40,082 nucleotides of DNA. Origin: Atractiella rhizophila (taxonomy: Eukaryota). Location of the stretch: the NCBI GenBank assembly GCA_021432655.1, contig MU271606.1, forward strand, positions 1-40,082, given 5' to 3'. Below, piece after piece: positions 14,901 to 26,214 of the stretch. The translations under genes were made by a program, and so were the position numbers. The notes below the pieces were generated by a model. The model ran no database searches. It was not told the DNA's origin and saw nothing but the letters and a program-made list of their open reading frames with translations. Within the stretch, counting starts at the first letter, position 1. The number at the start of each line of letters is the position of its first letter.

Positions 14901-16555
14901 TCCTCCTCTCCGCGTTACTACGGCAATAAAAGAGTCTTTTCAGGACGCTATCACAAAGGTGAGTACTCTGTTATGTAGGAAAGGAGCAGGTTAGCGTACG
15001 GTTCATAAGTTTCCTGCAGGCCTAGGAGAACACAGAAAAAGTTCGATCCACTGAGAATCGCCAGGACCCAAAATGCCCATCTCCAGCCGATGAGCTTGAT
15101 GTAACTTCCAGCCAGACTACCAAATATCGGCCCAGCTATAGGTCCCTATTGAGAATTAGTCAATTCTTCTTTTAATTTTCAAAAATTAAAAGGGAAGAGG
15201 ACGGACGAGGGAGTAAACTGATACTGGGCCGCCACGTTCTGCTGATGCGAAAACGTCGCCAACGCTCGCTGCTCCCAGTCCCGGACCAGAGGAAGCAAAA
15301 GAGCCTGCGAGCAGACGAAAGATGATGAGCTGCGCCATCCTAGCCACGTCGTAAGTTCAAGCGGAGAGGAGGACCAGAACGCTTACGAGTGTGAGACTCC
15401 ACATGCGATATTGAAGATGAGAAAACCGAAGACTGAAAACAGATATGAAGGTCGACGACCATAGAGCTCGGAAATCGGAGCCCAAAGGAAAGGTCCTGCT
15501 CCCTGTACAATGGATCAACATCTTTACATACTGGTTGAACGCAGAAGAGTTGCAGGACCAGTAAACCTCGATTGAAAACTACAAGTGGAAATGAAAAGTG
15601 CTTCGCGCAATTCATCGCCCATGCTCTCATCAACAGCTCCCTTCCTTCGTTTCACAAAACCGATGCAATGGATCTAACAAACGCCAGAAAAGGGGGTACA
15701 GAGAAGGTGGAAGTTGGAACGTCCTACCTCCCCTCAATTCATTGTTTCCGTAAGTAAGGAATTTTCTGAAGTAATTTCGCTAAAGTCGACGCAACGCATA
15801 TAGACAACTTTTTCATGTGGTCTTTTAAAGAAGAAATCCAGGACATTACGATTGCTTTAGCAGCGTCCTCCTGCTGCTAAGTGTCAAAGCAGAGACTGAA
15901 TGAGCAGTGAAATCACTTCAAAACAGTCTAGTACAGATAAAGAAGGTTTCAGAACCAGACGAGGGACATGACTCGCTCTTTCAATACGGTAAATAATGCA
16001 TCAGCGCTTCATCTCATCTTCTATCACGGTCAGCTCAGAACTGGTAACAGTGCAACAAATAACAGATTCTGAAACTGAATGCTATCTTTGGCCATTTCTG
16101 AATTCTGAGTTCTAGCGTAACTGATCGCTCTTGGAGCAATAGGATACGTCGCATGATGTCGAATAGTTCGAATAAACAATTCGCAGAAGACTCACAAGTC
16201 CCAACACATACGCGCTAACACTGAGCAGTAATATTTTCTCCTCCTTCACTCCCCAAGGTTCCTTCCTCAGCAGGGGGAAAGACGGGACAAAAAGGCTGGA
16301 GGCGAATGTAGAGATGAAAGCTGAGAGTGAGACCAGCACGACGACCCTCCATTTCTTTGAGCGAGGAAAGTTGCGTGGATGAGATGATGAGTGGAGCCAT
16401 TCAGAATCGTCGTAATCTTCGTCACGGTGAGGCTGGCACGGTTGTTTGGATTTTTCGGGTTCCTCTCTCCTGTTATCCTGAGCTCGAGGCTCCTCGTCTT
16501 CAAGTTCATCTTCAAGTCGTTTCCCGTGGCCGTCCAGACGTTCCTTTTCCTGCAT
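11986..16555 (-). CDS. MFS drug:H+ antiporter (DHA1-type). The internal exon block is duplicated and frameshifted as assembled, so it may be a pseudogene
   Basis: Exon 1 (16555-16196) has PRNFPRSKKW and TM1-2. The duplicated block has GPFLWAPISELYGRRP, FRLLAG, GWRWAFW, ETYEP, PEYRL and HWIVP. Single-copy last exons PIFTPQMYQTLGWGWG end at stop 11988-11986. Confidence 0.85.
12277..15978. repeat. Tandem direct duplication of about 1.84 kb (12277-14115 and 14116-15978) inside the MFS gene
   Basis: Offset of 1839 bp with identical ORF translations in the left part. AATACG microhomology at both outer ends and at the junction. Confidence 0.95.
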
Positions 16556-17081
16556 CCTTGCTTGCTTGCACTCGAGCGCTCGTGAAAGTGCTTACTCAGT
16601 CCCTCGCACTAGCCGTGGGAGCAAGTTGGACGTGAAAGGCTGCAGGCTTGAAAGGAGCGTATAAATAAACAGCTGGCAAGAGGTGATCTAGCCCACATTT
16701 GGGTCGAAAACATCGGGATCGTCGTCGTTCGGCTGTTCCCTCTGGCCGGCGGTAGCGGGAAGCGAACACGAAGGATGTCGGGCGGAATAACTTTTAAGTA
16801 ACCGGATGCTACCGGCGCATAGATTATCCCTGACGAAGTGATCTCGTTTTGAAGGAAGCAGAACCCGACGGGCAGAGTTGGGTAACGTTGGTGCAGGGTC
16901 AGGTCAGGTTGCAGTGCTAGAATCAAGGCCCAGGGATAAGGAACTAGCATATTGAAGGAAGCCTTTGAGGCAGGGCAAATATTCATTCCATCACCCTTTG
17001 ACAGCATTTGAATTTGACAAGAATCCATGGGAACCAACAATCAACAATTTTAGCTGTGGCTCACAATTTTGACAAGGAGGC

Positions 17082-19241
17082 TCAGGCGGTGGCAGGAACA
17101 GCAGTCGCCACGACCTGAGGGATGGCAGCCGTCGTGACTTCGGAAGCAGCAACCGTGCCCGCCCAATTGCCAGCGGAGACCAGTTCCTGATCCGCCAGTC
17201 CCTTAGGTGTTCCCAATCCGAGTTCATGGTCCTTCCAGATCCTATCCACCTTTCCTCTTTGGCCATGCCAACTCCAGCTCTTCCTCCTTCCAACCTCCAT
17301 TGAGAGGTGCGGCGAAGACCCATCGTGATCCACACTTGTTCCAGCGCATCGACCAACGTAGCAGTCTGGTCGGGGCTGTGTCCCGGCGTGGGCTGTTCAT
17401 TGGAAACAAGGCATCAATCAATAAGGGAAGGAATATCATTGGAAAAAGACGCACAGTGATCCTGAGCCTCTCCTCTCCCCTCGCAACAGTGGGGTAGTTG
17501 ATGCTTTGGACATAGATTCCATGTTCACCAAGGAGTCTATCGCTAGCCTCCTTCGCCTTCTCCGCATCACCAACGAGGACGGGAACGATGTGGGACGGGT
17601 TGGGGATCACCGGTATATCTCTTTCGGCAAGGAGTGCCTTCAGAGACAACACGTTCAGCTGCTGCTGGACACGATCTCCCAAGTAGGATTTCTGGTACGC
17701 AATAGAGGTTTGAGCACCCGCACAGATGGAAGGAGGCAAGGAGGTCGTGAAGATGAATCCCGGCGCGTAGGAGCGGATGGTGTCAATGAGATCGGCTGAG
17801 CCAGCGACGTAACCTCCTACAACCTAACCCAATTTGCACAATCAGTCACCTTCCTCATTTTCGAGACAAGAAGCTACGCACTCCGTACGCTTTTCCCAGA
17901 GTGCCGGTGATCATGTCCACGTCCGCCATCACATCTTCCCCAAGGTGTTCAGCAACACCAGCCCCCCTTCGTCCATACATGCCCACCGCATGAACCTCAT
18001 CGAGGAAAGTGATCGCCCCATACTTCTTCGCGAGCGCGCAGATCTCCTTGATGGGGCCAACGGATCCGCACATGGAGTAAACGGACTCGAAGGCGATGAT
18101 CTTTGGCGTCTCGAGGGGGAGGGAGGCGAGCTTGGCTTCCAAATCGGAGAGGTTGTTGTGCTTGAAAATCATCTTCTTGGCAGAGGAATGCTTGATCCCT
18201 TGTATCATGGATGCATGGTTCATCTCATCGCTGAGGATGACACATCCAGGCAGCTTGGAACCGAGGGTGCTCACTATGATCGATTATCAGTCTCTCTCGT
18301 TTCCAGGTGACGTGGACATCAAAATGGATCAGAAGTACGCACAAGTAGCATCGTTAGCCACATAACAGCTGGAGAACACAAGGGCAGCAGGTTTCTGATG
18401 CAAATCTGCCAATTCTGCTTCTAGAGCCAAATGCAACGCCGCATTCCCAGCAATGTTCCTGGTTCCTCCGGCTCCGGCTCCATACATGTCCAAAGTATCT
18501 CTGTTTCACGAGAACATTTCAATACCCACAGCTCTTCCAAGGCAATACTGAGAAATAACGCACTTCATACTTTTCAATACGGCAGGGTTCCTCCCCATCC
18601 CCAAATAATCGTTGGAGCACCAAACGGTCACTTCATCCGACTTATTTGCGGTGTGCGCCACTGGAAACTTGGTAGCAAGGCGGTTGATGTTGTTGAAGTA
18701 CCTGTAGGACTTGTCTGCGTGTTTCTTCTGCAATTCTGCCGCGTAGAACTGTTCATAGTCGAACTTTCCTCCCTATGACAGACCCACCAACAGAATTAAC
18801 ACCCACACTATGCAAGAAAAATACGGAAAATACATACGTGGCCACTGACGGGGCAAACGCTGCTGGCGTTAGCGCTAGCTGGTTGAGGGTGAGGAGGAAT
18901 AGGTTTGATTTCCTGCGCTCCAGCAACGGAAGCGTAATGCCTCCTCTTCGTCTCAGAGCTGAAAATTGCCGATCCTCCCGTCGCAGCAACGCATTGTCTT
19001 TTCGCTGCTTCGCTCAAATCGAGAGCAGGTGCCATGATTGGGCCTACATGTCCATGGTAACCACATCACTACCAGGTCTGCAGACTGAGAAAAAAGACAA
19101 ACAGGAACGTGCCCTCATCGCCAACCTGGACACTCCATCGATGGATTGGCTCGACATAGACCTAAGAGCAGCACCAGAAGTGCGACGGAGGTACGGGCAG
19201 TGCGGCTTGAAGCTGCTGAGCTGTTGAGTTATGGACTGCAT
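17082..19241 (-). CDS. HEM1: 5-aminolevulinate synthase, mitochondrial, with an apparent 1-nt frameshift near the 3' end
   Basis: [76 protein letters not shown] (PLP lysine) and [18 protein letters not shown] heme-regulatory motifs HCPY, SC/PI and VCPV lie in the N-terminal region. Confidence 0.96.
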
Positions 19242-19361
19242 GATTTTTATTTTCAGAGGTAGAATGAACTCGACTTGGGCTTTGCAGTGCGAGGTAGTTT
19301 TGTGAAATTGAGGAGTCTGTTGGTGGTTGCAAGCGTTGGGAAAGCTGGAGCTGGCAAGAAA

Positions 19362-19381
19362 AATTCGTCGACTGTGATTGG
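19362..19381 (-). promoter_or_regulatory. CCAAT box matching CSAAT-N12-RWT (CBC/HapX-type) upstream of HEM1
   Basis: Minus strand CCAAT-cacagtcgacga-ATT, about 120-140 nt upstream of the ATG. A second CCAAT lies near 19560. Confidence 0.35.
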
Positions 19382-20755
19382 TCGCTTCTTTTATTCGGCT
19401 ATCTCGAAGGTTAACAAAGCCCAGCCTTCGGTTGCCCTCGCCGAACGCCTTGTCCGACCGCTTCCAGCTGCTTGTTTTGGAGGTTTTGGTCAGCATTTTC
19501 TGTGTCAGCAATGCTCCTGCGCTTAACTTCGAGCCTGCCTCGATACGCCTGTCCTCTGATTGGCGGAAGGGAAGGACGGGACAACGGAAAGTTGGAGGAC
19601 TGGTGCGAGTTACGCATGAGCCGAGCCTATGACAGGTTGCAGGAAGTAGTGGTCCGAGAAAGGCGGATCGCTTTTAATTGAGTCGCTTTACATAAGTAAC
19701 TTTTCAAGCTGAGGCACTGCGCGATGCAGCTTGGAGGATCGAATCGATCAAATTTATTCGCTTGTGGTACGAATCTCGCGACAATTCTAAAACCGACCGT
19801 AATTGTTCAGGCTTTGATTGATAAACTGCATTCCCACGCCATGCGGCAGCCTTTTGAGTTGCGTGCGCAGACAAGTCGCCTTGGGACTTGAGAGCTTGAG
19901 ACTTGAGAAACGCATGTGCTGTTCTCCATTGGGTTCTTTATGTCGTAATCTTACGGCTTTTCATCAAGCACCAGGCCAACGCAGATATCTCCAGTCCCTG
20001 TTGTTTAACCCCCTACATTGTGGCGACACTACCCTGCAAAAGCAGAGGAAAACAATTCTGGAAAGCCTACCTGCCATACATGTTGAGACTAGTAAAAGAA
20101 GAGATGCATTGTATTGATGCCACATTTATAACTCAGCTCATTAGCAACCGCATGTTAAACCAGTGGAACTACCAAGCATGAAGGCACGGTCATGCAGTCT
20201 GGAATCTGAAAGTATTGGGCACAATGGAGAAGTAATGAAGACCAATGTTGGTGTGCTAAATGTGCGGCGAAATTCTGAGGAATGAAATCCTTATAATTCG
20301 TTGGATTAATAAAGTCCTGACTGTAAAAGGCGCACTAAACTGGTGGTACAGGACGTGAACGTTCACAAACCCTCAGTGGTCGTGAAAGCTGACAGGGCTG
20401 ACCTGATGTGGGAAGAAGGAACATCATCCTGCTCCTGAAGCGGGATCTGAGGAAACTGACTCCAGATTGAAGTGGTGGGATGTCGCTCAACATTAGATTA
20501 CGGACTCATCAATTTTATTGTCACAGAAATGACCTGGGGAAGAATCCCACACACTGCATGGGGTTAGAGAGAGAATGGGAATTAAACTTGAAAGCAATCG
20601 ATGATAAGGTAAAACATAGTACCCCCCAAGTTAGATTAAATCCAAGTTAACCTTCCTATTGTGAAAAGGGTTTCAATTCATTTGGATCATTTAAAGTACA
20701 CCTTCAGAGCGTTGCTATTCTTTTCATGACAAACCAACGAATTGGAGCAAGCGTT

Positions 20756-22837
20756 TCACCATTCATCCTCATCATCCAGCCCCTTCACTGTCACCCCGAC
20801 GGCAGCTGTGACCTCCCACTCCATCACTAGCGTGGTCTTCTTTCCGGCTTCCAACTCGACCATCCACTCAATCCTCCCATCCGGCTTTCCACCCTCCAAC
20901 ATTGTTTCGTCACCCACAAGAGGCTTCCACCTCACCCACACCCCAGCAGATACGCTCGTATATTTGTTCGTCGCGGCTGAAAGGATGGTGGTGGTTGGAT
21001 CAGGCAATTGAGGCTTCGTGACCTTGACGTGAATACTTCCGTCGCTGGAGGTGGGAACACGATCGAGAACAGTGAAGTCTCTGACTGCCTGTGGTTTCGT
21101 ATTGTGAAGCACAATGCGCTGCGTGTAAGCGTGCGAGCGTGCTTTGGAGATAAAACCAGAAGTGGTGGAATGCTTCGTCTTTGGAGGATAGCTGACGCGG
21201 ATGGAACGGTCAGGGCTGTAGTCAAGACGAAGTCAGCGATGGGCAAGAACAAGCTTGCAGGGAGAGACTAACCCAAGGTTGAGTAAGAACTTCTCGTTCA
21301 AGTTCACATCTGCAATCTGAGATCTGGCAACAAAACTGCCGTCCAAGTAAACACTCGCAGGTCCCTTGAGCAACGGATACTCTGAAGCATTTTTGCAGAT
21401 AGCCTATCACCCAGCATGAGGATACTGTCACCAAGATAAATTACGCACATTCAGGAAGACCTTCTCTAGCATCCTTGGCACAACATACCACTCGAATGTA
21501 CCAGGCAGGTTCAACTCAGTGATAGCGATCGTCCTCCTTTCCAACACGCTTAAAAGGTCACCATCAATCTCTTCATGTTCCCAGCAGTCCCCTTCGAACA
21601 CATCCAACAGCTCCTCAAAGTCGACTTCATCCAAGCTTTTCAGACTTGTCACTCCTGGAAGCTCGAAGTGCGTCGAAAGGTGATTTGAGCTCTTGACATC
21701 TACATCTTCACTCCTCATGATCTTCCTATGCCTCTTTGCTCCACCTTTTCCGAGTCCTCTGCCGCCTCGTCCTGCTTGCCCACCACTACTACTCTTCCTA
21801 GCGATCCATCCTCCTCCCCCTTTTGTAGTTGGCATGCTGACAGGGTGGAGGATCCAAGGATCAAGATTAGGAGGTTTGGTCGAGACAGAAGGAATGGCAG
21901 TAGAGAGCGTGAGCTGTACATCTTCCCAATCCTCTACGACTGGAGTTAGCCAGTCGTAAAGAGAGGTTGCTGCGAATATGACGTACCACCAGTGGCCTGC
22001 AAAATAACAGCTTTGTATGAAAGCTTGAGCGGCTTCTCTTCTCCTTTCTCGTTGACCGTGGTCAGTCTCGCATCGTAGCGAGGCGTCCAGGACGCCTTGT
22101 CGGTGGCTATGTGCCGTCGTCAACAAATTTTAATGTAGGTGAGCAAGAAGGAAGAGTGACCGACCATAACTGAACGACAGCTCCACCTGCCCATCTTCTT
22201 CGCACCAAACGCCAACAGTAGCCTTTCCTCTCAACCTTTCTTTCTCCTCTCCTTTATCTTCGCCCTCCCTCAACCTCCTCTCCAAAGCCACCTTCTCCGC
22301 CTCCACCCTCTTCAGTTCCCTTCCTAATTCTGCCTCTCGTTCATACATAGCCGCACCCTCATCTTCTTGGTATTTCAACGCTTCCTTCAATTGTTCCACG
22401 CTCGCTTTTTCGGGAAGAACGGCGGATATGAAACTCGACAATACTTGCTTTCTCGCTTTGACGCGGTCGAGGGAAGCTTTGAGCCTTTCAATTTCTGCCA
22501 ACAGGTTTTTGTGTTCCGAAGACTCGTAAATGTTGATTCGCTTCACATCGACCACATGATAAGATACGTATTTGAGGATTGTGTCCTGCTCTGACGTCCC
22601 ATCTACCCTATGGTCGTGCTATCAGCTTAGTGTGCGAGAGGAAGACCGAGTGGAATACTTGAGCGTCTCCCTCATTAACGAGGTTGGCAAGTCCCCAACG
22701 ACAACTTCATTATCTCCCTTTTTTAACGCGCAAGTGACGGATCGAGCAACCTCAGCTCTCTTGGAATATAATGTAACTTCCTCGATGGGGAATGCCTGAG
22801 CGGAGACAGTAAGTTTGTGCGTCTCAGGTTCAGCCAT
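20756..22837 (-). CDS. DUF4140/DUF4139 (mucoidy inhibitor MuiA-like) protein, 6 exons, intact, with an embedded histone-tail-like segment
   Basis: IEEVTLYSKRAEVARS (DUF4140), a coiled coil, ASWTPRYD, QATG/EDWEDVQLTLSTAIP...LDPW, NASEYPLLKGPASVYLDGSFV, LG/PDRSIRVSYP, DRVPTSSDGSIHV and GRIEWMVELEAG. Five canonical introns keep the frame. Confidence 0.9.
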
Positions 22838-24201
22838 CTTATCGTTTTTTGAAAGAACTAGATCAGCCTTGGTGGTCGATTTGGAGGGAACATGGAGAGA
22901 AATAGATGCATTTATACCTTCAATTGAGGGCCCTGAGGGTCCGCATGCATGATTCGCTCCAAAAATTGTCCGCGCCTTCATAGTTGGAGTTTATCAAAGA
23001 AATCATGTCTGCAAGTGAGACAAAGGTAGATTTTAACCGGACCAAAACGGGATAGTATTGGAAAACCAGCGAGAACGGATATATCGAAAAGAAATGGGAT
23101 TCGCGTTGTACTTGCTCGAAAAGCATGAATTTTCGTGTAAATATATAATAAATCATAAATATGGAACGCATAAAGCAGGTTCTATGCTGAATGAATCTTT
23201 CACGAGCATCCCTGAAAATGCACGACTAATAAGGAAAGGTTATCGTGAGATAACCAATAAAAACAGTTTATTGGGTAGATTCCATAGCCCGCTGACTTTG
23301 TAAAGACCTTGGGAGCATTTGTATACAGGAAAGTAGTACCGGTTCTTGATGACCAGTCGAGATTTGAATGATTTTATCGCGGTAAGACATAGTGGGCATT
23401 TCAAATGTAACAGCCTACGAGTAGGAGCATAACAGGAATCACATCCTTGGAGTGTGAGAAGACACAGTTTACTTCCCAAGAAGCTTTGATGATCACTCAT
23501 CCTTCCACTTGCCCTACAACTTCTCCGAACCAGCAGAAGTAGACGCTCACTTACCTCAACGCAACGTCATGGTCATCGAACCGATCTTTCAACTGTCCAG
23601 GAATATTCCTGAATCCACCACTGAGTTACTAATGCACCCTCTGACCACTGTTTAAACCTCAACTTCGTGAACAACCAAGATTTCGAGGATGTATTGCGCA
23701 TGCATCGTTGGAGATGACGGATAGAGGAGTACAGCAGACGCAGCTATGAGTATAGTGTCCTGCCACAGTTCTTACTTTACTTTGAGCAGCGACGACCAGA
23801 CCGAATTCACTGTTGCCAGTTTTGTCTTAGGCGAATTCTTGGTCAAAGAGTCATAATCATGATAGCGGCGCAGATGACTCAAGTGATTTGAAATATGTTC
23901 AAGGCATGTCGGCAGCGTGGGATTTCTTGTTGAACACAAATCAATTGCCTTGAATGTATTGTATGTACTGTAAAGACAGGTTGATTAATGTGAATCTATG
24001 AAGTGATTTGAATGAGTATGAGTGTGTCAATGGCAGAAAGGTTGCGAATGAGTTGTGCTTGAAGTTTGTGAACCAACGACGCCAGAGCCCAAAACTTCAA
24101 ACGAAAACTAAAGAGAGCATGTGTACCCAAATCCAATGACCGCTCCAACTGAATGTCCGTTTCTCGTTCTACGAGATTTTTCCCTGTTGGGTGATGTATC
24201 C

Positions 24202-26214
24202 TCATGCTTCGGCGACAGCCTCAATTGGATCCCTTCCGTCCGCCCTCCCGTTGTAAGTTTTCGTCCTCTCAATGTGGTCCAACGTGCTGCTAGACAGCGC
24301 TCGCTCCACATGGTTGCGAGCGTTCCTTACGCTGAGCAGCTCCTCCGCATTCCTGTTATCTTGAGGATGGAAAGGAACGTTCTGAGTGGAATAGATGAAA
24401 ATATCGGGCGAGAGCGATTCGGAAGGATGGGAAGTAATCTCCAGCATTTCGCGGTGGATGATACGTTGACAGAAGTAATCCATGTTCAGATCGTTCAGGT
24501 CGTAACCGAATGGATTTTCAATTTCAGTACCAATGGACAGCAGGCCTGGGACATCCTGATCAGTTCCGCTCAGCTAAGTTAAAGGGCAAGTGCGAACCCA
24601 GGAACACAAAAGCGGAGATCGCGACGGCGGGGATAGAGACCCACTTCAAGGCAGCCTCAATCTGTATTGCGTATCAACCTCTGCATCCAAAATGCCATTT
24701 ATGAAAGTAAAAAACGAACCTGGAATGGCAGGACAAGCAGATAGAGCCAGACGACGTGCTTCAAATGAATGGCGTATCCGACCGGGATGGGAGTGGTTAG
24801 AATTCTCTCGAGTGAGGCGAGGGCCGTGGCTGAAAGAGACTGCCGTCAGCGTTGACAATAGGGAAGGCGTCAGGAAAACACACTGAAGTTGCTAACGGAC
24901 AACAGCATAGCCGAGACTGTGGGAGCGTCAATCGTCTTTCGCCTGTGGCAAGACGTTTATTAACTGTGTTAAGCTGCAAGAAAGAAAGGTGCTTACTTAG
25001 CCAGAGTTGAAATATAGCTGCTCAAAACAAGTGTAAGCTCCAAAGGGATATTCTCTTGCGTCAAGGGCTTTCTCTTCTTTCCCTTCCTCCGCTGGCCATC
25101 CTTTGATCTCGCTCGTCTCGAGATATACTTGAAGGCGCTCCTGACAGGGATAAGGAATTGAAACAGGTCATCGATCCAGTTAAAGTCTGGGGGGTTCCTT
25201 GCGGGCCTCAAAGGTTCAGGAGGAATGGGGATACCAGAACCGTGCCCTCCAACAGTAGGTGGTTGAGCCATGGCATGTGCGTGGGCGGCAGACATCTTGG
25301 CGGCGCTCTCCGTCTTCTGTCTTAGCAGGTTGGCGACGGGATAGTTTTGGCTCATGGTGTTGGTGGAGGAAGACATGGAGATTTCACCTCCCTTCTCGTT
25401 GAGGGAGGAGCTGGAAGCAGCCATAGCATGAAGGTTGTCGGCACCATCCTTTGGAACTCCAGAGGGGAGGTTGTACCGTGGCAGATAGCAGACAAGCGGC
25501 CAAAGATCCTCATAATCTGTGCTCTAGTCAGACCAGGCTCACACCTACAACCGATGAAAGACGCATACAGACACCAGGCTCGCTTCGTAGGTAATGCTTG
25601 AGTGAGAATGAGAAAGCTTCGATGACATTAATCATCGTCTTTTTCTCAATGAGACCTTTGACAGTTTCCTCTTCTGAAACGTTGTTAGGATCAGCTGGAA
25701 GATTGATGTAGTTCGGGACATGGAACCAAATGAGCCTCGCAAATACTCTCGACTGGATAACGATGTCAGACCACAGCCTCCGTCCCTCCCAATACCTATA
25801 CGCCAAAAATGAGCCATGTCACTGACTCGCCACCAAGCATTGCCAGAATGCCTACCGATCATAGGCTGAGCTCGTCCGGTAGCTGATGATGAAACCAATG
25901 ACCGTTCCGAGAACTGACAGCATCGTGTTGGATATTCCAAGGTTGAAGCCATCATGAGTGATGTCGAGACCGACTATGAGGGCGGCCCATCCTGGAAGCC
26001 TGTTCAGCTGCATGTCTTCACCGGCAGTACTATGTTGACGAACCGGTGAACATCAGCACCGAGAGCCATATCGAACGCAGGGCAGACTGGTGAAGCAGTT
26101 CTCTCAGAAACTGTTCTTCGTGAAAGAAGAGTTAAAAAAATTTACAGCCCTAAAGTTGTTTGACACTTTTCGAGCGCCGTATGGCTCAAAGTCTTTTAAT
26201 TCTTCCTGGGCCAT
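24202..26214 (-). CDS. Bestrophin-like / UPF0187 anion channel, multi-exon
   Basis: MLSVLGTVIGFIISYRTSSAYDR/YWEGRRLWSDI, AFSFSLKHYLR, ENIPLELT and EIENPFGYDLNDLNMDYFC. Confidence 0.92.

Noticed and set aside
19700..20700. Possible decayed element upstream of HEM1
   Set aside because: Only short ORFs, with no transposase/RT motifs, terminal repeats or target duplication visible.
21713..21802. A histone H4 gene or pseudogene
   Set aside because: Similarity stops at R23 with no DNIQGITKPAIRRLARRGG fold sequence, and the segment is in frame within the DUF4139 exon.
23240..23900. Cys-containing minus-strand ORF with a nearby GTAAGT donor
   Set aside because: I could not assemble a convincing gene, and the Cys spacing does not match a known finger.
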